A stretch of DNA of 63,506 bases, filler included, from Octopus bimaculoides (Eukaryota): the NCBI RefSeq assembly GCF_001194135.2. It is 4 parts of 4 records of this genome, joined end to end, with 100 filler letters (N's around TTAATTAATTAA, not from the genome) between each part and the next. Parts side by side here need not be neighbours in the genome. Positions count along the whole stretch, not along the records: positions 17,611 to 44,550 come from NC_068997.1; positions 44,651 to 56,661 come from NC_068983.1; 2 more parts are not named here. One strand, given 5' to 3'. The translations under genes and the position numbers were made by a program. This document shows, piece after piece, positions 38,701 through 49,526 of this stretch. How positions within the stretch are numbered: position 1 is the stretch's first letter; every line of letters starts with the position of its first letter. Under the pieces are notes generated by a model, which was not told the DNA's origin, searched no databases, and was given only the letters and a program-made list of their open reading frames with translations.

Positions 38701-41700
38701 ACAGAAACTAAAAGCTGTCCCTCTCTCTCTCTCTCTCACACACACACATACATATGTATATATCTATGTGTGGAAGCATATGGCTTAGTGGTTAGGGTGT
38801 TGGCTCCATGATCATAAGATTGTGGTCTCAATTCCTGGTGCAGGCAATGTGTTGTATTCTTGTGCAAAACACTTCTTTTCATGTTGCTCCAGTCCACTCA
38901 GCTGGCAAAAATGAGTAACCCTGCAACGGACTGGCATCCCATCCAGCAGGGCGGATGTGTATGTCGGAGAAACCAGGAAACCGAACTTATGGACTCTTTA
39001 CGACTTGGGAAGGAGTCATCCTTCATTTTTTTTATCCATTTATGTATGATTGGTCTTATTGTTTGTGTTTACTCAACTGGTGTTGGTTTGTTTACATCCC
39101 CATAACTTAGCAGTTCAGCAAAAGTAGATTGATAGAATAAGTATCTGACGTTAAAAAAATAAATACAAACCCTAGAACGGCCATAGTTCAATGACAAAAA
39201 AGCGAGAAAAAAAAGATAAAAAGATGAAAGCTAACAGTTTCTTTGTTCTGAAGTGCATTTTAATTAAAGGTTGCCTTTCTAAATAAAGCCAGTCATTATG
39301 CTTACCTTAACACTGGAGAACACATAGGTGTCAAGCCTGGATGGGTCAGTGCCACCGAAATCTATTTCTTTCTCTGCATACATTGTCATATAAATGTGTT
39401 CGTAGGAATCTCCTGCCAAGGAAGAAATAAAGGAAAACTATCATTTGTAGAAAGCCTTAATTTCTTGACCCCTTTTCTTACCACATTTCTTTTGAAACAC
39501 TGATTTTGTTTCAATTACTTTCGAAAGAATGAAGAATTTATTAAGATAAATCTGTTGTTATTAAGCTGGTGTTTGGAACATAAATTAGCATGAATTAACA
39601 TGAGGTTTCGATGGACGGTTTTCATTTAGCCATGGTAGCATCTCACCACCCATTGTCTTGCACCCCTAAAACAACTGAGAGGCACCATAGCCAGCTTTGC
39701 ATGTCTTTTCTTTTGTTTTGATTATGGCTGTGGGGCTGGCCCACCCCTTCCATTTCCAACCAGTTCACAGTTCATTATTGTGGCACTAGCACTAGAAAGG
39801 GTTGTCACTAAAAAAATATATCAACAAAACATAAATAACAATACCTTTAGCAAATATTGGAAGTATATCGGGGCTGCCCCAACACCAGGTGGAAAAGCTT
39901 TCGTTAAAAACCGAGTCAAACTCTACTGGGTTCTCTTTCCAACCTAAAACAAAAGATTTAAGAAAGTTTATCAAAGCAGACTGTCAACACTTGTTTCCAA
40001 CATGTGATAACCAGTTTATCATAGATTTATCATCATCATCATCATCTGTTGTCTATGCTGGCATGGGTTGGATGGTTTGACCAGGGCTGGAAGGCTGCAC
40101 CAGTCTAGTGTCTGATTTGGCATGGTTTTCTGCCCTTCCTAATGCCAACCATTCCAAGAGTGAAATGGGTTCTTTTACATGTCACCGGCACAGGTGCCAT
40201 TTGCGGGACACTAGTATCTGACATGATTGTGATTTTACTTGGCTTGATGGATCATCTCCTCGAGCACGACATAATGCCAAAGGTCTCAGTCATTGCCTCC
40301 GTGAGGCTCTACACTCGAAAGGAGCCTTTTACCTGCCAGTTATGTGACACCAGCATCAGCCATGACTACGGTTTCACTTGGCTTGACCAGTCTTCTCAAG
40401 TACAGCATGTGGCTAAAGGTCTCGGTCACAACTAAAAAAAAAAAAGGCTGAAACGGCAAACATCCTTTGGTGTAGTGTAGTCCTCAGCTTTAACTGTCTT
40501 TTACTTGTTTCAGTCACTAGATTGTAGCCATGCTGGGGCACTGCATCAAAGAATTTTAGTTGAATGAATCGACCCCAGAACTTTTTTTTTTAAAGCCTGG
40601 CACTTATTCTATCAGTCTCTTATGTCAAACTGCTAAGTTACAGGGACATAAACACACCAACACCAGTTGTCAAGCAATGGTGGAGCACAAACAAAAACAC
40701 AGAGTCACACACACACACGATAGGCTTCTTTCAGTTTCCTTCTAAGAAATCCACTCACCATGCTTTGGTCAGCCCAAGGTGTTGTGCAGTGAGAGTGAAC
40801 CTGGAACCATGTGGCTGGAAAGCAAAATTCTTTCTCATTAAGGTGGTGAGACGGCAGAATCATTAGCACTCAGGCAAAATGCTTAGTAGCATTTTGTTCA
40901 TTTTTACATGATGAGTTCAAATTCCACCAAGGTCAACTTTGCTTTTCATCCTTCTAGGGTAGAAGAAATAAGTAGCAGTCATGTAATCAACTTACTTCCT
41001 CCCTTAAAATTGCAAGCCTTGTGCTAAAACTCATTTAAGTAATTATCTTGGGTTTCTCTTGAGCTACAGGGACCCAAAAGGTCAGAGTTTAACCAGGTTT
41101 CCATGGTGTGCAAGTGACTGAAGATTATGACGCTCTCCCATTGAATAGGATGCTCAACTGTCTCAGGGTTAACTTCTAAACTATTGCTGGAACTCGTTTA
41201 TAGCTGAATGGCTTGGAGCAATGGAAAATGAAGTGTTTTGCTCAAGGACACAATGCATTACCTGGTTCAGGAATTGAAACCACAATCTTGTGACCAGGAG
41301 TGCAACACCCTAACCACTAAGGTCATGAGCCTTCACTTATTTAACCCTTTAGCACTTAAACTGACCATATTTGGCCCAAATATTCCACTTGTTCTATGTT
41401 TGAACTCACCAGATCTGACCTCTCACACCTACCCTACAGTGCCATTCTAGAAATAAACAATCACATCATCAAAATCACAAAGCTATGAGATAATCCAGGA
41501 TTATATATTCAAAACAATGTGAAGAAATAAGGATTACGTTCAACAGAGGAATAGGAATGGAAAATGGTTAAGAAATAGAAAGAGAATAATGGAAACAAAG
41601 AGAAATGTCACCTTTAGCAATGGAACTAACATCTTCATAAAATCCTGCAATGATAGCCACATGCCCAGGACGAGATTCTGTTGGGACTCTGGTATGTGAG

Positions 41701-42681
41701 ATGCCAAATGAACCATTCTTTTCAATGATACTTCTGAAAGATTAAAGAAAGGAAGTACGTTGGTTTAACTTTCTTGTTTTACTTTTAATAGAGGCGTTTA
41801 GCCAAATGAACCAACATTCATGTAATAGCGGTACTTATTTGATAAATCCTGGAAGAGTAAAAGGCAGAGCCAAGTTTGGAATGATCTTTCTTTTTTAATT
41901 TGCTGTTTCCCGACTTGCAAATTCCACTGGTGCCACATGAAAAGGCACCCAGTACACTCTGTAAAGTGGTCAGTATCTTGGAGAATATCCAGTTATAGAA
42001 ACCATAGCAAAGCAGACAGAAAGGCTTGGTGCAATCCTCTGGATTGCCAGTTACTGTTGAACTATCCAACCCATGCCAGCATGGAAAACAGACAAACAAC
42101 AATGGTAATGATTATCAGTTTAAACATGGGTCCAAGACCAAGTCGTTCCATTTTATAAGTGCAAATATACAATTACTGTGAAATCTGAAACACTTTTGGT
42201 TCCAAGTATTTGGATAAAGATTTATCAACTATACTAACTTCTTGTTAGAAAGCTCAAAGTGTGTTTTATTGGTTTAATCACACGATATTATGGATACTGA
42301 CCGATGATAAATAAAGTTGAATCTACTGTGATTTGAAAGCAGAAACATATGGCACCAAATTAGAAAATGTGAGTTATTGCTCCAGTGTTTTTCTTTTCTT
42401 TTTTTTTTCATTAAACCAAAGCAAAATAAAAATCAAATTAAAGAATGGAACACCAACCTTATAAATGGTGATCTTGATTTGCCATCTTGTAATTCATAGA
42501 ACTTATCGGCTCGTAAGCCATCAGCAACAAACAACACAAGGCGTTTAGCAGGAGGTGACGTGGGACTGGAATGTGGTGTCATACCATGAACAATTGGAGA
42601 TTTAAAGTAGATATCGAATATGGAACAAAAGAGAATTAAGTGAACTACTAGTCCAAGCAGTAATAATTTCCAACTGAACAT
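18786..42681 (-). CDS. PIGN: PIGN / MCD4 GPI ethanolamine phosphate transferase 1, 5' 18 coding exons (598 codons; 3' part not in view)
   Basis: Spliced translation [33 protein letters not shown]...ADGLRAD...[12 protein letters not shown]...[10 protein letters not shown]...[10 protein letters not shown]...[15 protein letters not shown]...[20 protein letters not shown]. This carries the alkaline-phosphatase-superfamily motifs typical of PIGN. All 18 exons have AG/GT ends and continuous phase. Confidence 0.97.
19586..19910 (-). mobile_element. Repeat family D, (ATG)n-tailed non-LTR retroelement 3' end or LINE-tailed SINE
   Basis: Conserved ...ccaacccatgc(c/t)agcatggaaa..gacgttaaa(c/t)gatgatgatg tail. 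Copies at ~25680-25815, 26020-26175, 27777-28160, 30840-31210, 33290-33425, 34530-34740, 36095-36265, 37640-37880, 40030-40430, 41900-42100, 42914-43270. Confidence 0.7.
20161..20263 (-). CDS. PIGN: PIGN coding exon 17 (103 nt)
   Basis: [34 protein letters not shown]; tttttccag / gtaaga. Confidence 0.9.
21134..21206 (-). CDS. PIGN: PIGN coding exon 16 (73 nt)
   Basis: [23 protein letters not shown](R); ctttccag / gtaagt. Confidence 0.92.
22139..22326 (-). CDS. PIGN: PIGN coding exon 15 (188 nt)
   Basis: [25 protein letters not shown]...[13 protein letters not shown](V), transmembrane segments; tatttcag / gtaagt. Confidence 0.9.
22677..22756 (-). CDS. PIGN: PIGN coding exon 14 (80 nt)
   Basis: [26 protein letters not shown](G), matching the conserved L.GL.YY.TY.R motif; ctctttcag / gtaagt. 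Confidence 0.94.
23555..23970 (-). mobile_element. Mariner (Tc1/mariner) transposon 3' remnant, pseudogenised
   Basis: [13 protein letters not shown]...[23 protein letters not shown]...[20 protein letters not shown] corresponds to the mariner HDNARPH / [14 protein letters not shown]-terminus. A TIR-like tattgtgtcatctcataaataatgc starts at 23555, preceded by TA. Confidence 0.92.
24141..24197 (-). CDS. PIGN: PIGN coding exon 13 (57 nt)
   Basis: [19 protein letters not shown]; atttcag / gtaagt. Confidence 0.88.
24703..24895. mobile_element. Internally deleted derivative of the 27125-27605 palindromic element
   Basis: The minus-orientation tRNA-like head (...gggttagtagcc...tgcccgtg) is joined directly to the plus-orientation tail (gaaatgttgttgtaacaacaaacaagatgaggac...aatgtaaataat). 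Confidence 0.7.
25446..25467 (-). CDS. PIGN: PIGN coding exon 12, 22-nt micro-exon
   Basis: (S)ELTSSIQ; long polypyrimidine tract ttttttcttttccatttctttcag and donor gtaact. It is needed to bridge phase 2 (exon 11) to phase 0 (exon 13). Confidence 0.85.
26452..26507 (-). CDS. PIGN: PIGN coding exon 11 (56 nt)
   Basis: [18 protein letters not shown](S); cattttag / gtaaga. Confidence 0.92.
26987..27079 (-). CDS. PIGN: PIGN coding exon 10 (93 nt)
   Basis: [31 protein letters not shown]; ttgttacag / gtaagt. Confidence 0.94.
27125..27605. mobile_element. Palindromic head-to-head repeat with tRNA-like heads and a Penelope-like tail carrying a hammerhead-core motif
   Basis: Two ~200-bp arms in inverted orientation, centred on loop 27323-27330. 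Each has an A box (TGGTG(C/T)AGTGG), a B-box-like AGTTCAATTCC, (AAT)n, then GACAC-CTGA(C/A)GA-A-GGCTG-loop-CAGCC-(G/A)AAAC. Confidence 0.7.
28024..28160 (+). repeat. 26-bp minisatellite, 5 units plus a partial unit
   Basis: Unit ctggcatgggaaccagtcatggggca at 28024, 28050, 28076, 28102; variant at 28128. Confidence 0.95.
29109..29168 (-). CDS. PIGN: PIGN coding exon 9 (60 nt)
   Basis: [20 protein letters not shown]; ttttgtag / gtaagt. Confidence 0.96.
30203..30243 (-). CDS. PIGN: PIGN coding exon 8 (41 nt)
   Basis: [13 protein letters not shown]; actttcag / gttggt; phase fits both neighbours. Confidence 0.9.
31293..31412 (-). CDS. PIGN: PIGN coding exon 7 (120 nt)
   Basis: [39 protein letters not shown](D); cgcacag / gtacca. 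Confidence 0.93.
32346..32476 (-). CDS. PIGN: PIGN coding exon 6 (131 nt)
   Basis: [43 protein letters not shown](G); ttttacag / gtagga. Confidence 0.96.
37429..37553 (-). CDS. PIGN: PIGN coding exon 5 (125 nt)
   Basis: [41 protein letters not shown](K); ttttctag / gtaagt. Confidence 0.96.
39306..39412 (-). CDS. PIGN: PIGN coding exon 4 (107 nt)
   Basis: [35 protein letters not shown]; ccttggcag / gtaagc. Confidence 0.95.
39845..39943 (-). CDS. PIGN: PIGN coding exon 3 (99 nt)
   Basis: [32 protein letters not shown](G); gttttag / gtattg. Confidence 0.97.
41612..41733 (-). CDS. PIGN: PIGN coding exon 2 (122 nt)
   Basis: [40 protein letters not shown](G); ctttcag / gtgaca. Confidence 0.97.
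42458..42681 (-). CDS. PIGN: PIGN coding exon 1 (224 nt coding)
   Basis: ATG at 42681-42679; MFSWK...[22 protein letters not shown](R); donor GT at 42457-42456. A polypyrimidine acceptor (AG at 42726-42725) implies 43 nt of 5'UTR and an upstream non-coding exon. Confidence 0.96.
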
Positions 42682-43369
42682 ACTTTCAGCAGTTTACAGG
42701 TGACCACATAAATTGATTCCCAATCTGAAATAAACAAGAAATTGAAAACATGAACATCAATATTTATGAAATGTTAATGACATGGGGAAGTTTCCTAGGA
42801 ATGCCTGTCATATGAAGAATATACAGCGGCGTGGGTTAATATAAAGTAATGAGCACTAAAAAATTTCAAATTGTGTTCAAATTATGCTCAGAATGAAAAG
42901 AAAAAAGCAATAGTCATCATCATCATCGTTTACCATCCACCTGCTTTGAGTGGAACAGTTTGACAGGAGCCAGTCAGGCAGAAGCCTGCACCAGATTTCT
43001 GTGACTGTTATGGCAGGATTTTTACAGCTGGATGCCATTCCTAACACCAATTACTTTATAGTGTGGACTGAGTGCTTCTTATGTGGAACAAGTACAGACG
43101 AGGTCAGTTTTGGCAAGGTTTTTACAGCTGGATGCCCTTCCAAACACCAACCACTTTACAGTGAGGACTGGGTGCTTTTAAGTGGCACCTGCACTGACAG
43201 GGTCACCAAGTAACTTTGCAAGACAAGGAATCTTTGAGAGGGGAGGGGATATTGGAGGAGGTGATCTTGTGCTAGATGATGAAAGGGTAGTGCTAATGGT
43301 AATTTTTTTCAAAGGCAACAGACACAATTCTGAAATTCAAGAAATAGGCTCTCTAATGAGTGCTGCACG

Positions 43370-43745
43370 GCAGGGATGAAAATAAATGCTGCAAAGACTG
43401 AGACATTGGTCCTCTCAAGAAAGTACACTTTCTATGTTAGTGGAACATCACTGAGACAAATGGCAAAGCTAAAGTATCTTGGGGTTGTAGTTACAAATGA
43501 TGGGAAGCAGAATGTGCAAGAATTGCAGCATCAACTTCAGGACTCAATCCTCAAAAGAGAGGAGGCTGGAAAAAAAAAGCCAAACTCGTTCTTTTCAAAT
43601 TGGTTTGCATGTCTATTCTCACCTTAGGTCATGTATGTTTGATAATGACCAAAAGAGTATGTTCAGGAATCCATGACCAAAATGGGATTCCTCTGAATGA
43701 TTCATGGGTTAATGATATATAAGAATTAGATGAGATATGATGGCT
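43370..43745 (+). mobile_element. Degenerate non-LTR retrotransposon (RTE-like) reverse-transcriptase C-terminal fragment
   Basis: GMKINAAKTETLVLSRK...LRQMAKLKYLGVVVTNDGKQ resembles the RT thumb region (G.KI...KT...FKYLG); frameshifted downstream. Confidence 0.75.
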
Positions 43746-43849
43746 CGGCCATCTCTCCCCAGTTCTTATATTAATCATTAAATCCAGAAATACAACAACA
43801 CGAGGGATAACGGTAACAACAGATCAATAGTTTATTCTAGGTTGGTGTA

Positions 43850-44340
43850 GAGCAGTTTCGTTCCTGGGTGAATAGGCATGCCGCTAGAATACTAAAGAAG
43901 CTTCGACCACATGTCAGGGTCGAGTTGAGAGATACGTGTTGTCACCACCGCTGCTGGATGGATAAGCGATACGTGTTGTCGCCACTGCTGCTAGAGAGAA
44001 AAGAGTGCGAACACTATTACTTTTTCTCCACCTGTTGCATTGTGCATGCGTGCTCGGGTACTTCCGCTGACGGCAAGTCCCTTGCACATGCGCAATGGCA
44101 CTTCTCAAGATGGCAGCCACATGCACCACTACAATGTCTCCCCGAGTGCATAGCACGAAACAAGGAAAGATTGTAGAGGCGCAGAAACAAGATGGCCGCC
44201 GAACCCAGAAAACATAGCTAAAATTATGCAATGAAAAAACAAACATTGTTTTGTTAAAACAAAGAATGACAAACTCAATAAATTTGCAAAGCAATGCTGT
44301 GTCGGATGCAAAACTTTTGCATCCGACACGAATGTGAGTA
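43850..44340. promoter_or_regulatory. CpG-rich housekeeping-type promoter candidate upstream of PIGN, possibly bidirectional
   Basis: Abrupt CpG-rich unique sequence with ACTTCCGC (ETS/GABP, 44060-44067), TGCACATGCGCA (NRF1-like, 44083-44094) and CAAGATGGC twice (YY1, 44106-44114 and 44188-44196). It lies ~1.2-1.6 kb upstream of the acceptor of the first coding exon. Confidence 0.6.
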
Positions 44341-44550
44341 AGAAAAAAGTTCTGTTCACCATGAAAAGTTCAGCCTGACCTAGAGATAAAGGGTCTGTGT
44401 GAAAGAAAGTTGCAACAAAGGTGTTGGCATGAGCAAATGTGTATGCAAAGGTTGAAACAATATGTAATGTGTACATATTTTCTTTTAGCATGTTACTGTG
44501 CACAGAAATGGAAGAAAAACAATGTTTGTACAGAGAAATGAAATGCCGGC

Positions 44551-44650
44551 NNNNNNNNNNNNNNNNNNNNNNNNNNNNNNNNNNNNNNNNNNNNTTAATT
44601 AATTAANNNNNNNNNNNNNNNNNNNNNNNNNNNNNNNNNNNNNNNNNNNN
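44551..44650. other. Artificial 100-bp scaffold linker
   Basis: 44 N + TTAATTAATTAA (44595-44606) + 44 N. Confidence 0.9.
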
Positions 44651-44695
<45 letters not shown>

Positions 44696-46215
44696 TAAAG
44701 AGAGAGAGAGATAATAAGTAGAAAGATATAGTTTTAACACGTAAATACTGAACAGTATATATAAAGGAAAAAGAAGAGGATGAGGTAATTTAAAATGAAA
44801 TTATGTCAATTATGTCTCTCGATCGCTAATTATAGCCAAGGCTGACTGCATATACTGACATCACAGTGTTGGGGACTAACATATAAGTTATGTAAGAACA
44901 AAGAAAATGGGGCATAGGAATGCTCAAGAAAAAGTTTGAAAGGATTGTAAAGCACACTTGTTCAGAGATAATTCAAAATATATGGACAAATCAAATATAA
45001 TCTGCCTTATATTGTTGTGAAAATAAAATAAAAGAAATGGTTTATACGTGACGCGTCATATTGAAAGCCAACAACGGCCAAAACCATAGTAAAATCTGAT
45101 GACAAAATTAACCTCACAATGAATGAAAAATTTCGAAATTTGTTTCACAATCAGGTAGTCTCAGTTCGATTCCAGTGCATGATCATGGCCAAGTATATAT
45201 TACCGTAGCTACAGATCGACCCACATCTAATGAGGGAAATTAGATGAACAAAAACTTAGTAAGTTAGATGAACGTATTTTTTGTAGCTGGTATTTAAAAG
45301 GTTTCACCGAGTCACAAATTCAGACTGATTCCATTTGAGAAATACATTCACGGTAAATCTGTCTAAGGACTGTTCACTGTCTTACATAATAATTCAATAA
45401 ATATATTGTTCAGTTCACCAAACAAATGAATGATCATCGTCGTTATCTAAAGATGTTCATTTATTCCATCATTACGTGACAGATTTGTGGATTATCTATA
45501 ATTCTAGAGACGTGAAAAAAGTTTGTAAATAATTTTCAAGCAAGCATCTCATTTCTAATTAAACAACTTTTTTGTCTCCCCTCTTCAACGCACCTAAAAG
45601 TTATTGTGGCCAACCGCTTTGTCAGATGAAGCTGTGCGTTTGACATTCGTTGAGCTGTAGTGACAACGCTCAGGTTGGATGTGCATCTGACGACATTTAC
45701 GAGCAACAAGCATTAAGGGTCTTAACTGATCCAACTTTATCAGCGCTGATATTGGTAATGACATTTATCACTCTCTAGTTGTTTAACTATTACATTCAGG
45801 GTTTTCATCCCTACGTGACTTTGTGGCCAAAAGCACTGGGTTTTAAACAGAAAAATTATTAAGAATCGTTTTTGGATTTGGCTTGCAAGATTCTTTATGT
45901 GAGTTCGTGTTGAAGCATATTATGTTGTGTTTGGGGAGAGTCATTCTCTTTTGGTGCCTTATAAATTTAAAAAAATCACCGGTAAAATTTTCACTTATTT
46001 CTTTTTCATTTTTCTAAAATTTTTGCAAGACGCATCAAAAATTTTAGAAAAATACAAAATAAATAAGTTGGAATTTTACCGGTGAGTGTNNNNNNNNNNN
46101 NNNNNNNNNNNNNNNNNNNNNNNNNNNNNNNNNNNNNNNNNNNNNNNNNNNNNNNNNNNNNNNNNNNNNNNNNNNNNNNNNNNNNNNNNNNNNNNNNNNN
46201 NNNNNNNNNNNNNNN

Positions 46216-46262
<47 letters not shown>

Positions 46263-47014
46263 CTGTGTATATGTTTGTGTCTGTGTTTGCCCGCCCCCCC
46301 CACAACATCGATTGACAACCGATGGTGGTGTGTTTACGTCCCCGTAACTTAGCGGAGTACTAGGCTTACAAAGAATAAGGCCTGGGGGTCGATTTGCTCG
46401 ACTAAAGTCGGTGCTCCAGCATGGCGGCAGTCAAATGACTGAAACAAGCAAAAGAGTAAAATCATTCGATGAAAACTCCAGCACAGTTTTGTGAATGATA
46501 TGCACCACTCCCAGTGAATGAGGACAATATGGAAAACAAATCATCACCTATTCTATAAAACTAGTGCCGATCCCTTCTGAATGGTATTCTATCCAGTCTT
46601 CTAGCTGTGAATAATCAACAGGAGATATGAAATTCAAAGAATGTTTAGATCTACGCAAACATGCACGTCTGGATTTCTGTTGCAGGAACATACAGCTCAT
46701 CGGATCCGATATTTTAAAAGTTAGTACCTGAAAGTAAACCTTTGCTCATTTAAATAAAAAAAAATTCTATAATGATTCGGAAGAGATTATGGGAATTTTA
46801 CGTACGAAAAGCTGAAATTTATATCAGATAAAGTTTTGAATTGATTAAAAATTGATTTTAATTAATTATAAATCGAAATAAAAATCAGCTATTAATATTG
46901 TTATAATTAAATACTCTCCCTTTATTTTGCTTTATAAAGCATCTCACTTGTATAACTTAGAAAGTGGAGATCAGAACAACACACAGACACACAGACACAC
47001 ACACACGCACACGC

Positions 47015-47075
<61 letters not shown>

Positions 47076-49084
47076 GGAAATGAAAAAATAAAAGAATCGA
47101 ATATAATGTACCCTATTGCTTTGATACAGGAGCCTCTGAAAGATAGTAAAAAAATATCTCACCACATTAACACACATCTCATTTAACACTATCTATGATG
47201 AACTATGGTGTATTAACCCATTTAGCAGTCACGATCAAATAGACAAATTTCTACTCTAATTGTTTTCCCCTCTTATCAGGCTCCACAGTGTCTGTTAAAT
47301 CTATTTTTTAAAAATTTTCTTAGCGCATTAGGCTCCACAGAATTATATTTATAATTTACATTTATTTAAATTTTTTGTTTACTTAGGTTGTATTTTTTCT
47401 CTCCCATAGCACATGCTGTTATCTTCATAATCACCATCATCACAGTAACAGTCAATGATGATAATGCCGATGATGGCAAAGACGATAATTTTGATCTTCA
47501 CGATCATCATCATAATCATCTTCATCATTATCACCATCATAGGCATCAGCAAGTACAAAAGGATTTAATGTCTTGTTTATATGTCTGTTTTTCAACATAG
47601 AATTAGCACGTTTCTGAGCAATTATTTATTCCATCCTTAAATAAAAGAATGATACTTAGGAACATAATTTTATTTCTTCGCTTTTGTATTCGGTTTGCAA
47701 GTTTTTTTTTTTATGTGAATTCGTGTCTTGAAACAAAATTTGCTGTATCTTGGAAGAGTAATAATGCCAATAATAATAACACGCGCACAGGTTTAAATCC
47801 ACTTCTTTATTGTTAGTCTAGAGTTATATTATGTGTATAAAGACTCTCCCCAGATATAAGAAAATCAAATTTATTTTCTAGACTACAAATATATTTGACA
47901 ATTGATAAGTTAACTATTAAATAGATTTTGATGATGCTATAATGAATAATGATACACCAAATATAACAACAAGGAGCAAAATGGAAACATTCATCACTCC
48001 TCAGTCTTGTATTGTAGTCAATATCTGTCAATAATTTAAACAAATCCTTTTCTATCAATAATACGAAGAAATCCAGAAGTCATCTGCGTAACAAAAGGGG
48101 CTCAGAGTTTAACACATATACACTCACACAAACATACACGCTCACACAAACATACACGCTCACACAAAAAAACAAAACAAAAAAATAGCTGCTGCTTATG
48201 TGTGGCCCTGCGTAAAACTCTATCTAGACGATAGCAAGCGCCGAATGACACGTCCTTGTTTTTTCCTGTCCGGATGTTTTGTTGTCTTCTGATACCTTCT
48301 TGTTTCATGTCTTGTTTTGTTTGCACCCCTCCCACACACACATATGTATGAATGAGTGTGTATCTTACTTTATCTTTATGAGACTTTTGATCTCATCATT
48401 ATCTTCGATGCCAAATCGCTGTTATGTTTCGTATGTTGCATTTGCATTAACTCTATATCCTCTAAATGAAATCATTTGCATTGTAATCATTGGTCTGTTA
48501 TGTTTTCATTAAGGTAAAAAGCTTACAAATAATACCCATACATATATAGATACATACAGAAATATAGTTATACACACATACTTAGATATATATATATATA
48601 TAGACATGTTATATGTGCCTGTATGTGTGGGTGTATGTATTCATGTATGTATATACGTATATAAATATATCAATGCTTATATATATATACGTATATATAT
48701 ANNNNNNNNNNNNNNNNNNNNNNNNNNNNNNNNNNNNNNNNNNNNNNNNNNNNNNNNNNNNNNNNNNNNNNNNNNNNNNNNNNNNNNNNNNNNNNNNNNN
48801 NNNNNNNNNNNNNNNNNNNNNNNNNNNNNNNNNNNNNNNNNNNNNNNNNNNNNNNNNNNNNNNNNNNNNNNNNNNNNNNNNNNNNNNNNNNNNNNNNNNN
48901 NNNNNNNNNNNNNNNNNNNNNNNNNNNNNNNNNNNNNNNNNNNNNNNNNNNNNNNNNNNNNNNNNNNNNNNNNNNNNNNNNNNNNNNNNNNNNNNNNNNN
49001 NNNNNNNNNNNNNNNNNNNNNNNNNNNNNNNNNNNNNNNNNNNNNNNNNNNNNNNNNNNNNNNNNNNNNNNNNNNNNNNNNNNN

Positions 49085-49153
<69 letters not shown>

Positions 49154-49495
49154 AATTGGTATTTCAGTAATTAAATCTCATAATATTATACTTGTTAATT
49201 TAAATTTCCTTTGCACTCTCATATACAGACCGCATGCCTACCCATTTATACCTGTGCAGAAGTATATTCTCACACGCACTTAGACATACACACACGCACA
49301 CACATACATATATATATTAATGAAAATCATACACTCGAGAGATTAATGAAAATATTTTGATGCAAATATCGTAATAGGCAATGAATATATAGAATACATG
49401 AATTAATAACCAACATAATTGCTAGTGTGCATTTATGTATGTATACCTCTATGTATCTATATCTATCTATTTGTCTGTCTGTCTGTCTCTATATA

Positions 49496-49526
<31 letters not shown>

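Noticed and set aside
45618-45695. Imperfect hairpin (gtcagatg...catctgac) as a pre-miRNA
   Set aside because: It has a large asymmetric bulge and a weak inner stem, and I recognise no mature miRNA.
47813-48100. Possible terminal exon after ttttgttacgcag on the minus strand
   Set aside because: All frames stop quickly or are unrecognisable, and there are no partner exons.
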